A stretch of 63,733 nucleotides of DNA, the filler included, from Stramenopiles sp. TOSAG23-2 (lineage: Eukaryota): assembly GCA_900128395.1 (NCBI GenBank). It is 2 parts of 2 records of this genome, joined end to end, with 100 filler letters (N's around TTAATTAATTAA, not from the genome) between each part and the next. Parts side by side here need not be neighbours in the genome. Positions count along the whole stretch, not along the records: positions 1 to 31,837 come from LT649367.1; 1 more part is not named here. One strand, written 5' to 3'. This document shows positions 10,201 through 21,033 of the stretch, piece after piece. Made by a program: the position numbers and the translations under genes. The notes under the pieces are model-generated. The model had not been told where the DNA came from and searched no databases. It saw nothing but the letters and a program-made list of their open reading frames with translations. Position 1 is the first letter of the stretch; each line of letters begins with the position of its first letter.

Positions 10201-11731
10201 TCATCGCTGATACTTTCATATCTTCCATACGTCGATGAAAACTAGTACAAAATGCTGTTAAATAAATGTACTGGATCATATCAGATGGCAATAAACGTGT
10301 ACTTTCACGACGAAAATCTTTTACTAATGATCTCATTAAAGCTGGATATGCTTTCTTAATGAACTGCGAAGCAAATTCCTTTAAAACTAAACGTACATCT
10401 CGTTGTTTTGTTGCTACAGGTGCACTCATAACTTTACCATAACCATATCCAACTGTAAATGCATCAGGTCGAATTCCAGTAATAGCAGCAGTTTTTGCAG
10501 CTGCCATATCAACTTCACGTTGTTTTTGACGTACAGATTTATTTTTTGGTTGGCGTTTTTTCAATGCATCTTCCGTTTTCACCCATGCAGAATGTAAAAC
10601 CATTTTTGGTTGTTTATCTTCCGTCAATGCAAACGCATTGTTTTGATTTAATACATATGCACCACCAAATTTCGAATGCCGTGCACCAATACTACGTTTG
10701 TTTGCAAGGCGCTCTCGCATCTCATGCCCAATCATATTTGCCAATGGATCAAAAGCTTGTCTACTATTACTAGTATTTGGTGGTATTCTTTTATTGTTTC
10801 CAATACGTGATGACGTTTTGTTGCTACTGGAACCGTAATTATTGTTATAATGGCTATTAACAAATTGTCGTTGTCCATTTTCACTTGCAATGCTTGATGG
10901 ACTCTGTCCACGAAAAAGCAAATAAAACAATTCCAATAAAAGCAAATTCCATTCTCTATTTGCTTCGTTTTCAATTAATTGTGCTAACAGTAAAATCGTT
11001 TCAAGTACTAATTCTTTATGTAGCAAAACAATAAAATCTTCTTGAAGATGGGTTAAATGCTCTCCACTTGATGTGTTTGAATATTCTGGATTCGGAACAT
11101 GTAACAAATTGCGGAAAAGTGTTAAAATCAATTCAATCAGCATATTATCATCCTCGGTTCTATCAAACCCGTCGTGCGATAATGGTTCTTCTAGCATTGA
11201 TACAAAAATACCAAGTACTTCTTGTGATAAAAATGCTTCTTTGTATTTCACAAGATCACGCATTTCAATATCTTGTAAAGGTCCATTTTCCTCTGGTGGC
11301 ATTGTTAACATTACTAAAACTTTCGTTACGGAAAAACAAAGCTTTGCATCACTTTGATGATATGTAGTTATTAATGGCAACAACTTTGCTTGCAATACAC
11401 CTAATCCACCACTACCTAAAAAACGGTGCATACTTTTTAAATCATCATCCCTACGTAAATAACGTTGCAAGTCATGTATACACTCTTCACAATCATCACC
11501 TTTCGTGACTACTTTGCGAATTCTGCCATCTGGAAGAATCTCTTCTTCCGTTACACCAATACCAGTGCATATAGCCAATAAATCAGCTGTATATTTACTA
11601 TTTGGAAGTGTTTTACCTAAATTATATCTACGTATCTTATCATCTTCCTCGTCACTATTATAATACGTTGCAGAACTATTTGTTGCTGATTTTAATTGTT
11701 GCGTCTTTGGCAACAAACTTGCAGTAGCCAT
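7247..11731 (-). CDS. TIMELESS: Timeless/Tof1/Swi1 fork-protection protein with inserted Myb domain and C-terminal fascin-like domain
   Basis: N-terminal KGDDCEECIHDLQRYLRRDD, VLVMLTMP, ELILTLFRNLLHVP, RHSKFGG; PARP-binding-domain-like LVPVT...REPATGECFWRIP. Confidence 0.85.
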   Translation of the reverse strand: MATASLLPKTQQLKSATNSSATYYNSDEEDDKIRRYNLGKTLPNSKYTADLLAICTGIGVTEEEILPDGRIRKVVTKGDDCEECIHDLQRYLRRDDDLKSMHRFLGSGGLGVLQAKLLPLITTYHQSDAKLCFSVTKVLVMLTMPPEENGPLQDIEMRDLVKYKEAFLSQEVLGIFVSMLEEPLSHDGFDRTEDDNMLIELILTLFRNLLHVPNPEYSNTSSGEHLTHLQEDFIVLLHKELVLETILLLAQLIENEANREWNLLLLELFYLLFRGQSPSSIASENGQRQFVNSHYNNNYGSSSNKTSSRIGNNKRIPPNTSNSRQAFDPLANMIGHEMRERLANKRSIGARHSKFGGAYVLNQNNAFALTEDKQPKMVLHSAWVKTEDALKKRQPKNKSVRQKQREVDMAAAKTAAITGIRPDAFTVGYGYGKVMSAPVATKQRDVRLVLKEFASQFIKKAYPALMRSLVKDFRRESTRLLPSDMIQYIYLTAFCTSFHRRMEDMKVSAMKAKRRVQRSIGDDADNHNKHSFDWGPVAATMDLWSFHFIVKSIDRYVELKDWVATGVAVAGLKEMILVLDRLRKSGDAEKHRIANSLINVVFYEREIIDLVPRLLGRCHSAAKHVSSWFVTDLIETAHVILDITEHLAEHKMFVLQRRRKKKKKIKMKPWNTEEIAALEEGVKKYGRGKFEKILKSSDFGPVLEGRMAAELKLKLSMVKKLRKEGKEITSDAEEDDDEEKEKEKEEEKEKESIRRECEFKFNTFLNKFAQNSVYQVYLRLLHTYRTNSVKVNHCIVKLFYRLTQLVLDEWKDEDDKNVVVSHEPVLFQLSTLMVFNRILNDHRIAKVKGFQELIEFAKATVRHFFRLAQKNPLLYVEALFNRQRRANEAIIGVYDPDAGMSSSERRKRQKDKDYNPNQSSSNALNEADLDGEEEATFDASKYGKLAKTRAEAMAKAADDKKRSRRQSRRWTHQEDALLQMKFPQLRHLDAVYEILSFEELLQDKDRTPAQIKNRVKSLGLLDGTVNRTAQEGIFGISDAQVKKQITRILDLHVMHGAAATENAGREALKTLDNRLSACAKFREEQEELRLTRRAMGDGDEDDELAMAGGVGYALVPVTQDEFAQLSNRWVHSLLRTLKFREPATGECFWRIPGTLNAKECRERLTLLRRTIREIEMREDDSISKEVGFDDDGMKEYDANELQSKTDGNDDADDGDDEKTAKIQNKKKYFLESALGMMLSESIQGKVSADRISSGIWETFRFEVFERSGYVIKSHHGHYLSVNSKKVLCSTSSGQKPGKNEKFALEYKKGKLLLKHIRSGMYVSATDDGKVECKSTMVGSTAMWRAVVSKAGGDDDDDDEDDDEDDNGMMMSSSNSSSNNNNSKSKKHRIASLYESSDDDDSDDEFTRAFLGGNDGEKNNENSESTTTTTTTTTTTTNNKRSPAPGANDDDDDDDDSDEELEVVQKTKHIQKKRKIMLDIDDDDDDDDDDDDDMM

Positions 11732-12106
11732 GTTCTATTTATTCGTACGATTTAAAAGATATATATTATATGATATTAAATATATATATTGAAATAATTA
11801 AATTATACAATATTCTTTGTTTTCTAATATCCTATAACCACAAATATAAGTACTATCTTTGTAATCACTAGATACATCTTTCTTCTTTTATTTAAATCTA
11901 GTATTTATATATATATATATTAGTTTTTCAATAATAAAGATATATATATTTGGAATCGTATAATGGTATTTGTATGGTAAATAAATTTAAAAAATTATAT
12001 ATTTTTTACATAATTTCAATTTTAGCATTGCATAGTATTGTAATTGTGTGGTTTTTTAATTTATTATTTTTGCCGCTATTTGCCGCCGTGTCTTCTCCCA
12101 TCGCCG

Positions 12107-12290
12107 CCTATCAAATTATTGAGGTTTGTACTTAAATATTCTATTCTTGGTATACTTTTCAACAGGAATCACCGACTATCAAATTATTGAGGTTTGTACT
12201 TAAAATTTATTCGTATACTTCAACAGGAATATCCCTATCAAATTATGATGTTTGTACTTAAATATTCTTATTCGTATACTTTCATCAAAT
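12107..12290. repeat. three imperfect ~62-bp tandem repeats in a divergent promoter region
   Basis: CTATCAAATTATTGAGGTTTGTACTTAAA...TATACTT(T)CAACAGGAAT recurs three times. Confidence 0.8.
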
Positions 12291-12521
12291 TTGGTGTTCT
12301 CGTCGAGAAGAAACACCACATTTTTTTTTTTGTTGTTGCGGTCCAATTCAAAAAACGAAAAAAACTAAATAAATTAAAATATAGAATTCAAAACGAAAAA
12401 CAATTAAAAGAATCAAATGCAATGGGAAATTCAAACGAACAAATATAAATATATTGCCACTCATATTGTATTTTAAATTGCTGTTGTTGTTGTTACACAC
12501 ACACACACAGACACATACGCG

Positions 12522-14297
12522 ATGAAAAAAATTATAACAACAGTTACGGAGAAGAAAATATTTAATATATTGGAAAATATTGTTTCAAACACTCCTATGT
12601 TAAAAAATAAAACTGAATTAAGAGTTGCTGGTGGATGGGTACGTGATAAAATTTTAGGAATAGATAGTGATGATATTGATATAAGCATTACAAATATGAC
12701 TGGAAAAGATTTTGCAACAATTTTGAAAAAACAATTAAATCATGACAATGGCCATTTTCCTGATTCGTACATTGTTAAATTAAATCCAGCAAAATCCAAA
12801 CATTTAGAAACAGCAGCAGTAAAAGTTGATAATGTATGGATTGATTTTGTACATTTAAGAGGTGAAACATATAAGAATGAATTTAGTAGAATACCATCTA
12901 CCACTTTTGCAACGCCGGAGCAGGACGTTAGACGGCGTGATTTTACTATAAATAGTTTATTTTATAATATACATACAAAACATGTAGAAGATTTTAGTGG
13001 ATATGGTTTAAATGACATAAAGAATAAAATTATACGAACAACACCACCTCGTAATTCATCGGATGTATTATTAGAAGATCCGTTGCGTGCTTACCGTGCA
13101 TTACGTTTTGCAAGTACATTGGATTTCTCAATAGCAGATGAATTAGAACATGCATTGTTGGAATCAAATATTCACAATGCAGTTTTAAAAAAAGTTAGTC
13201 GAGAGAGGATCACAATGGAATTAACAAAGACATTATCTTTACCAAAAGAACATGCATTGCGTGGATTGAATATGTTAAATGAATATAATCTTGGTGGTTT
13301 ATTATTTGGAAACGATGATGATGATTTAGAAAATTATAATTACAACAATGAAATTTTTGATATTGTATGTAAAAAAGTTGCATTTATAATTACATTTTTG
13401 CCAATTAAATCAAATGAATCGATATACGATGTATTTCCATACCTATTTGCCTCGTTTTTATCGACAACAACAACAACAAATGATAAAACAGCAATATGTT
13501 TTTTAAGAGGTAATAAAGCATTGTTAAAGGAAAAAATAATTGAAAAGCCAATGTTTGATTATACACATGATCAATTTTTAAAAGTACAAGCTGCCTCTTC
13601 ACCATTATATATTAAAATGACTGATTCTTCCTCGCAATATTTTTCCTACATCAAAAAAACATTCAATTACGATGCATATCTATTTGATAAATTTCGTGGT
13701 ATACGTAAAGATTATATCAAAAAAGCAATAAATACATACAAAGCAAGTCTTGTTTTTCCTGTTGACATTTTAAATCAACATTTAGAAAAGGATAATATTA
13801 TCGATGCAAAAATAGTTTTTGCCTTATGGCTATGTAATGTACGCTTATTTTTAGAAAATGAGCGTGGAAAAGAAGTTACTAATGATAATATAATTGCTGC
13901 AGTATGCCTTGCTAATATTTCAAGTGTGGATACGTATGATTTATCTAGCGAAAAGGAAATTGAAAAGGTACAGAAACGTGTAGAAACAATGATTGATTTT
14001 TATCAAAAACATAATTTGCTTAATTTAACCTTTCCAAATTCACCTATTTTAAATGGAAAAGAAGTTATTGATAATGTAAAAAAGTTAAATGCTAATATCA
14101 ATGAAAAGACAAAATGTAAAAAACAGAAAAGTATAAATAAATCAATTTTAAATGATCGTATTCGTATTATGAAAGATTCATTAACAATGTGGACGGCAAT
14201 TAATAATATATTGAAATGTGATGGATATGTTGTTGAAAGTGAGGAAGATGATAAGGAAGAAGCATATACATTTTTGAGTCGTTTACTTGATGATTGA
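12522..14297 (+). CDS. CCA1: CCA-adding tRNA nucleotidyltransferase (class II NTase)
   Basis: RVAGGWVRDKILG..DDIDI, DFVHLRGETY..SRIP, RRDFTINSLFYN, EDPLR motifs. Confidence 0.85.
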   Translation: MKKIITTVTEKKIFNILENIVSNTPMLKNKTELRVAGGWVRDKILGIDSDDIDISITNMTGKDFATILKKQLNHDNGHFPDSYIVKLNPAKSKHLETAAVKVDNVWIDFVHLRGETYKNEFSRIPSTTFATPEQDVRRRDFTINSLFYNIHTKHVEDFSGYGLNDIKNKIIRTTPPRNSSDVLLEDPLRAYRALRFASTLDFSIADELEHALLESNIHNAVLKKVSRERITMELTKTLSLPKEHALRGLNMLNEYNLGGLLFGNDDDDLENYNYNNEIFDIVCKKVAFIITFLPIKSNESIYDVFPYLFASFLSTTTTTNDKTAICFLRGNKALLKEKIIEKPMFDYTHDQFLKVQAASSPLYIKMTDSSSQYFSYIKKTFNYDAYLFDKFRGIRKDYIKKAINTYKASLVFPVDILNQHLEKDNIIDAKIVFALWLCNVRLFLENERGKEVTNDNIIAAVCLANISSVDTYDLSSEKEIEKVQKRVETMIDFYQKHNLLNLTFPNSPILNGKEVIDNVKKLNANINEKTKCKKQKSINKSILNDRIRIMKDSLTMWTAINNILKCDGYVVESEEDDKEEAYTFLSRLLDD

Positions 14298-14849
14298 AGG
14301 AAGGGTGTGATGTGGTGTGCGAGAAAAATATTTTACGTTTCGTATGATATTTAATCATAAGGAGAGATACACGCTAAAGAAGGGAGAAAGAAGAAAGAAG
14401 AGAAGAGGAGTACGCGTGTAATATATAAATATAATACCGAGAGTGCGTGTATTTTTGTGTATTTATATCTACATCTCTCTGTACTTATAAGCTATTTTGC
14501 AATATATATTGCGTAAATTAAAATACATTTTGTACTAATATACGATATTCGTATATATATATATTAAAATATTATCCTATCATATTTAAAAAATTTTTAT
14601 TATTATAATAAATATAAAAATACCATCTTATAAAAATATTTTATTTTGTTAATTACTACACACAGACATAATAATATATGATATTACATGATTAAATTTA
14701 AAATATATTGATATCTTTGTCATCTTTTTTTTCAATTTTTATCTTTTTCTTCTTCTTTATTTTATTTTTTATTATTTTTACTTTTTTACTTGTTTTTTAT
14801 TTCCAAACAATTTAAAAAAAATTAATGGTGCGTTTATATGAAAAATATA

Positions 14850-16856
14850 TTAGTCAACTTCTTCGATTTTTGGACCATCATCTTCTTCCATTGGTGGGCC
14901 TTGTTGTGGCGCTTGTTGTGCACCTGCACCTGGGAAACCGCCTGGCATACCACCTGGCATACCGCCTGGCATACCACCTGGCATACCACCTGGCATACCG
15001 CCTGGTGCACCACCTTGGGAGTACATCTTTTGCATGATTGGGTTGCATATTTCTTCCAATTCTTTTTGTTTTGCTTCGTATTCTTCTTTCTCGTTTTCTT
15101 GATTTGCATCTAACCATTTGATAGTTTCTTCAACTTTGCCCATGATTGTTGCTTTGTCCTCTTCAGATACTTTACCTTTCAATTTCTCATCATTCATGGT
15201 ATTTTTCATGGAGTAGCAATAATTTTCAAGACCATTCTTTGCTTGGATACGGGATGCATTTGCTTCATCTTCCGCTTTGTATTTTTCTGCTTCAGCAACC
15301 ATACGTTCAACTTCTTCGCTTGATAGACGACCTTTATCGTTGGTGATGGTAATTTTGTTTTCACGTCCAGTGGATTTTTCAACTGCACTTACATTTAAAA
15401 TACCATTTGCATCGATATCGTAGGTAACCTCGATTTGAGGAACACCACGTGGCATTGGTGGGATACCGTCCAAATGGAATTTACCCAACAAGTTACAATC
15501 TTTGGTCATTGCACGTTCACCTTCGAAAACTTGGATCAATACACCAGGTTGGTTGTCTGCATATGTACTGAAAGTTTGACTTTTTTTCGTTGGTACCGTG
15601 GTATTTCTTTTGATCAATGCGGTCATGACACCACCAGCAGTTTCAATACCTAAACTCAATGGAGTAACATCCAACAATAATAAATCATCCAAGTTGGAAT
15701 CTTGTACACCACTTAAAATTGCAGCTTGCACGGTTGCACCGAATGCTACAGCTTCATCTGGGTTGATGCTTCTGTTTGGCTCTTTGCCATTGAAAAATTG
15801 TTTCAACATAGATTGCAATTTTGGGATACGTGTACTACCACCAACCAATACAACTTCATCCACACGATCTTTGGAGATTTTTGCATCACGCAAAACTTTC
15901 TCAACTGGCTCTAAACATTTACGGAAATAATCCATGTTCATCTCTTCGAAACGTGCACGGGTGATGGTGGATTGGAAATCAATGCCGTCAAACAAGGAGT
16001 CAATTTCAATATATGCTTGTGTGGAAGAGGACAACGTTCTCTTTGCTCTTTCACATGAGGTACGTAAACGACGTAATGCACGTTCGTTTTTAGAAAGGTC
16101 TTTTCTATTTTTTCTTTTGAATTCTGTTTTGAAATGATCAACCATACGATTATCGAAATCTTCACCGCCTAAATGGGTATCCCCAGCAGTTGCTTTGACT
16201 TCAAAAATACCATCTTCAATGGTCAACAAGGATACATCAAATGTACCACCACCTAAATCGAAGATCAATACGTTCTTTTCACCACCTTTTTTGTCCAAAC
16301 CATATGCAATCGCTGCTGCTGTAGGTTCGTTAATAATACGTAAAACATTCAGACCGGAAATAGTACCAGCATCTTTTGTTGCTTGCCTTTGGGAGTCATT
16401 GAAATATGCCGGTACGGTAATAACAGCAGAATTAACGTCGGTTCCAAGGTATGCTTCAGCTACGTTCTTCATTTTGGTCAATACCATAGCACTAATTTCT
16501 TCTGCACCAAATTCTTTGCTTTCACCTTTGTATTGGACTTCAATCATTGGTTTTCCACTTGGACCTTTTTTCACTGTAAATGGCCAATGTTTCATATCTT
16601 TTTGTACATCTGGATCATCGAAATTACGTCCAATCAATCGTTTTGCATCGAAAACGGTGTTCAATGGGTTCATTGATACTTGATTTTTTGCTGCATTACC
16701 GATTAAACGTTCAGAGTCAGTGAAAGCAACATATGATGGGGTAGTTCTGGTACCTTGGTCGTTGGCAATAATTTCAACTTGGTTATTTTTCCATGCACCT
16801 ACACATGAATAGGTTGTACCTAAATCAATACCTACAGCAACTTCAGTCTTTGACAT
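14850..16856 (-). CDS. HSP70: cytosolic HSP70
   Basis: [39 protein letters not shown] repeats, terminal GPKIEEVD. Confidence 0.98.
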   Translation of the reverse strand: MSKTEVAVGIDLGTTYSCVGAWKNNQVEIIANDQGTRTTPSYVAFTDSERLIGNAAKNQVSMNPLNTVFDAKRLIGRNFDDPDVQKDMKHWPFTVKKGPSGKPMIEVQYKGESKEFGAEEISAMVLTKMKNVAEAYLGTDVNSAVITVPAYFNDSQRQATKDAGTISGLNVLRIINEPTAAAIAYGLDKKGGEKNVLIFDLGGGTFDVSLLTIEDGIFEVKATAGDTHLGGEDFDNRMVDHFKTEFKRKNRKDLSKNERALRRLRTSCERAKRTLSSSTQAYIEIDSLFDGIDFQSTITRARFEEMNMDYFRKCLEPVEKVLRDAKISKDRVDEVVLVGGSTRIPKLQSMLKQFFNGKEPNRSINPDEAVAFGATVQAAILSGVQDSNLDDLLLLDVTPLSLGIETAGGVMTALIKRNTTVPTKKSQTFSTYADNQPGVLIQVFEGERAMTKDCNLLGKFHLDGIPPMPRGVPQIEVTYDIDANGILNVSAVEKSTGRENKITITNDKGRLSSEEVERMVAEAEKYKAEDEANASRIQAKNGLENYCYSMKNTMNDEKLKGKVSEEDKATIMGKVEETIKWLDANQENEKEEYEAKQKELEEICNPIMQKMYSQGGAPGGMPGGMPGGMPGGMPGGMPGGFPGAGAQQAPQQGPPMEEDDGPKIEEVD

Positions 16857-17454
16857 TTTATAAAGGAGTTTCTTTTTTCTTTGTTTTTTTTGTTATTATT
16901 ATTAATATATAATTCGTTTGATGAATCTTTTTTTTTTTCTTTTTTCTGTTTTCAGGTTGACAAAACGTTTGTGTACGTTGTGTTTCACCTTTTGTTCTCT
17001 CTATTTTCAAGAAGATAAATGCCCCTTTCAAAAGTGTTTCCTAGCAGGTAGATATCATTAGAAATACACGGGACATCCAACCATTTTTGTTTTTTTGTGA
17101 ATTTAGAAAGAATCTAGAAGGTAATCTAGAAGGTCTCTGAACCACAAATCTAACAAAATGTTGGTTTTCGATACAATTCTAACAATAGGCTTAAGTGTAT
17201 ATACTAATGAAACGCGTTAATATAAATCTGAACAGGAAATCCAATACTAAATATCAAAATATATGTATGTTGAAATCAAATTTATCATTATATATTCATA
17301 ATTGGAATGTCTTTAAATTACCAATATTTCCATTTTGGGATATATAGGTTTATATATATCCGAAACATTGTTATAATTTTTCTGTCGACAATCCAAAATA
17401 AAACTATTCACTATTGGAAAGGGATGACAGCATAAGCATGTGCTGATACGATGG

Positions 17455-17655
17455 CTCTCGAAACATCTCGGACTGTTCCCACTTTCTTATACTTGTTAGT
17501 ATAAGAACAGCACTACTAACAAATATAAAATTTGGTGAAGGCTGGTCACAGCCGGCCTTCGGCTGTCTTTTCTTTGCTATGTCTATAGTAAAGATAAGAC
17601 TACAGAAAGTTACACTTAACTTTCATAGGCGAAATGGCCCGAGATGTTTCGAGAG
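17455..17655. mobile_element. 201-bp MITE-like element with 17-bp perfect TIRs and 9-bp TSD
   Basis: CTCTCGAAACATCTCGG (17455-17471) / CCGAGATGTTTCGAGAG (17639-17655); ATACGATGG flanks both sides (17446-17454, 17656-17664). Confidence 0.85.
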
Positions 17656-17740
17656 ATACGATGGTGCTGCTGCAAATCCACCTTCGCACCTTCCACCTGA
17701 TTGATGGATCGCACAATAGTCAATATACACAGCAGGCCTT

Positions 17741-17820
17741 AGGGGAATAGACTAGCAACGCCAGGTGCTATTCCCTTGTAAGTTAGCTTCCGCGCTTCGC
17801 TTGATTGAATTGATTCACTT
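17741..17820. repeat. dispersed hairpin repeat, copy 1 (copy 2 at 63282-63349)
   Basis: shares GGTGCTATT(C/T)CCTTGTAAGTTA...CGCT...GATTCACTT with the 63.3-kb copy. Confidence 0.65.
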
Positions 17821-18107
17821 CAATAAAATTTCAATAATATATTTAGAGTGTATACTTAGTACTATACGGTTAGTTGATAGAAGATTTGGATAAAAATAAA
17901 TTAAAATGAATTGAAGTTCGAAGTAGTTCGAAAAAATATTAAAATGTATATAATATCAGATAGATAGATAGATAGATAGATAGACATTAGACGAAGTGTA
18001 CATATACACATATGATATATATATATATATATATATATATATGGATGAAAATACCATTACAATACATAGAGCAATCAAACAAACGAAGAAACAGAGAAAC
18101 ACGAAAC

Positions 18108-19016
18108 ATGACGCATTTATTAAAAACATCAACAGGAAACCATTCCTTACTTCCATCCAATTTTTTAAATGAATATTCACCGATACAGAAAATGTATTTA
18201 ACATCCAACGAAAGGGAAGCATTGGAAAAAAAATATAATATCAATACAGAAACATTATTAAAAAACATTGTACAAAAGGTATGTAAAATTGCTATACCAC
18301 CTATATCCGAATTTTATGTCGGTGTTGCTGGCTTAGGTAAAAGTGGTAATATATATTATGGAATTAATTTAGAATTTCCACAATTACAAATTAATCAAAC
18401 TGTACATGGGGAACAATTTATGATATGTAATGCATATAGCCATGATGAACCTGCAATTACCATGTTAGCAGTAAATGCTGCACCGTGTGGCCATTGCCGT
18501 CAATTTCTAAATGAATTGGTTGCCCCATTCAAAGTTAAAATATGCATTGTAAATTTAAATATATGTGAAACATTGGCCGATTTATTGCCATATTCATTTG
18601 GACCAAGAGATTTAGGCTCCGAGATCAATTTGTTAAGTACGATTAATCATAATTTAAAATATGATAATAATAATGGAAACGATGATCTAACAATACAAGC
18701 TGCATTAAATGCTATCAATCGTTCATATACACCATATACAAATTCACCATCTGGTGTTGCAATATTATCAAAAACAAATAATCAAATATATATAGGTTCG
18801 TATTTAGAAAATGCTGCATTTAATCCAAGTTTAGCACCATTTCAAGCTGCATTAATAAGTATGATTAGTAATGGCAATCGTTTAGATATGGAAAATGAAA
18901 TTATTCAAGTAGTATTGATGGAAAAAAAAACAAATCTTGTAAAACAATATGAAGGGACACAAATGATATTAAATAAATTAGCGCCAAATGCAAGCTTTGT
19001 ATACATAGAGCTGTGA
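18108..19016 (+). CDS. CDA: homodimeric (E. coli/plant-type) cytidine deaminase
   Basis: PPISEFYVG, GINLEFP, VHGEQF, APCGHCRQFLNE, LLPYSFGPRDL; second pseudo-domain SYTPYT..SGVA..GSYLENAAFNPSLAP; start moved past the (TA)n tract (alternative 18045). Confidence 0.9.
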   Translation: MTHLLKTSTGNHSLLPSNFLNEYSPIQKMYLTSNEREALEKKYNINTETLLKNIVQKVCKIAIPPISEFYVGVAGLGKSGNIYYGINLEFPQLQINQTVHGEQFMICNAYSHDEPAITMLAVNAAPCGHCRQFLNELVAPFKVKICIVNLNICETLADLLPYSFGPRDLGSEINLLSTINHNLKYDNNNGNDDLTIQAALNAINRSYTPYTNSPSGVAILSKTNNQIYIGSYLENAAFNPSLAPFQAALISMISNGNRLDMENEIIQVVLMEKKTNLVKQYEGTQMILNKLAPNASFVYIEL

Positions 19017-19312
19017 TCTGATGGGTAGATTTTCTATATTATATATGAGTATATATATCATATATATATATATACATGTACTTTTCATAGAATAATTTTC
19101 ACATACTACTACCTCTGGTTTATGTATGTGTGTGTGTGTGTGATGTGTGTGTGTCCTATAAAAATATCTCCTATCCTAATATAATAATATACTTAAGATA
19201 CAATATAAAATAATATATATTTTACTCTCACCCATGATATAATAATAATACACATAAATCCCAAAAAAAATATGCCAAGATACATTATATAATACATTCG
19301 TACTTTATTAAA

Positions 19313-20848
19313 ATGAGTAGTACCACCACCATCGATACTAATAACTCGCCATCATCATCGTTAAAGCAAAAATTTGCTGGAAAATATATTATTCAATTAT
19401 TTTCATGTTTCTTTTATGGATATACCATTTTATTTGCATGTACAATTGGAAAAATTCTAACAGCCCCAGGCCAATCCCCATGCATTGGAGTTGTTATCAA
19501 TTCCATTGTAGAAGATTTAAATATATCGTTAACAACTGTTACTGGTTTATATTTAGTAGCAACAACGTCTTCATCGATTGCTCTTACATTTATGGGAAGA
19601 ATTATTGATCACGTTGGTGTCAGAATAATGGTTTGTATTATATCTGTCATGTTAGGCGTTGCATGTTTTGTTGCATCCGCTGCACATAACATTGGTGTTT
19701 TATTACTTGCGTTTTTTCTATTGCGTTTTTTTGGACAAGGTTCATTAATGATGGTTTCAAAAACAACGATTAATTATTGGTGGGTTGATTTAAGAGGTAC
19801 TATGATGGGTATTGCAGGTGCATTAGTATCGTTAGGTATGACTGGGATATTTCCAATAATATTAAATGAATCTATAAGTACAATTGGTTGGAGATCTACC
19901 TATGTTCGCTTAGGATTAAATTCAATTTTTTTCATGGCACCATTTGGTTTTTTATTTTATAGAAATCAACCAGAGTTATATGGATTATTACCAGATGGTC
20001 GTATTGATGTACCACTCGATGATGATAGTATTAACAATAACGATTTTGACGACGTAATGAATAAAAATGAATATGATGATAAGAAGAACAGCAACAACGT
20101 ATCTATTGCTAAAAATATTACAAATAAAAATAAAAACAATAATAGTGAAGATGATGCTGATGATTCTAATAATAATAATAATAATATGACAGCTTCAACG
20201 AAAATAGAAATTGATGTTGATGCAAAGGAAGCTTTTAAAACTGGTGCATTTTGGAGTAATGCATTATCACTAGGTTTAGTTGCTGCGACTGGTACAGCTT
20301 TTTGGTTTCATTTAAAAGGAATTATGATTGATAATAATGTGGATAAGACATTAATGCAAAGCATATACCCAGTACTTGCCGTCTCCTCTGTTGTTGGTAG
20401 ATTAATAAGTGGTAGAATGATAGATACGTATGGAAAAAAAGGTTTTTTAGTATTAGTATATGGTCTTTTTGGGCAAACAGTTGCAATGATTTTAATATTA
20501 TCCGTCCAATTTTCTCAATATTTGTTAATTTTAGTTTGTTTTATACAAGCATTATCAGCAGCATTTGTTATGAATGTTGCCTCCGTTGTTTTTGCAAATA
20601 ATTTTGGTCGTAAATATTTAGGTGAAATACAAGGCCTTGCTGATTCAATCGGTGTATTGGGCAGTGCAATTGGTCCATTTCCATTTGGTTTAGTCCGAGA
20701 TATAACAGGTTCATACAATATGGCATTTTTGATTGGTTCCGCTTTGCCATTTTTCATGGCAATTTGGGTTTATATAACATCAAATGCGAGAATGAAAAAG
20801 CAAGAAGAAAGTTATATTGAATTGCAAGTTGTCGATGATGCTATTTGA
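19313..20848 (+). CDS. MFS transporter
   Basis: 6+6 hydrophobic helices around an Asn-rich loop; GRIIDHVGVR and GRMIDTYGKK motif A. Confidence 0.9.
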   Translation: MSSTTTIDTNNSPSSSLKQKFAGKYIIQLFSCFFYGYTILFACTIGKILTAPGQSPCIGVVINSIVEDLNISLTTVTGLYLVATTSSSIALTFMGRIIDHVGVRIMVCIISVMLGVACFVASAAHNIGVLLLAFFLLRFFGQGSLMMVSKTTINYWWVDLRGTMMGIAGALVSLGMTGIFPIILNESISTIGWRSTYVRLGLNSIFFMAPFGFLFYRNQPELYGLLPDGRIDVPLDDDSINNNDFDDVMNKNEYDDKKNSNNVSIAKNITNKNKNNNSEDDADDSNNNNNNMTASTKIEIDVDAKEAFKTGAFWSNALSLGLVAATGTAFWFHLKGIMIDNNVDKTLMQSIYPVLAVSSVVGRLISGRMIDTYGKKGFLVLVYGLFGQTVAMILILSVQFSQYLLILVCFIQALSAAFVMNVASVVFANNFGRKYLGEIQGLADSIGVLGSAIGPFPFGLVRDITGSYNMAFLIGSALPFFMAIWVYITSNARMKKQEESYIELQVVDDAI

Positions 20849-21033
20849 GAGAGTCAGGAATTGTGAGAAAATTTTAAAAAATTTTAAAAATATTCATTAA
20901 TATACTTTCAGTATTAAAAATGATACGAGTATAAAAAGATATATATATATATCAAGTATTAAATATAATATTTTACATCATCAATTTTCATATACTCGTA
21001 TACGAACGGTTCGTATCATACATCACACTCTTT

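Noticed and set aside
17000-17140. Heat-shock element upstream of HSP70 (TTCAAGAA; AATCTAGAAGGT twice)
   Set aside because: No run of three correctly spaced nGAAn units; plausible but not supportable.
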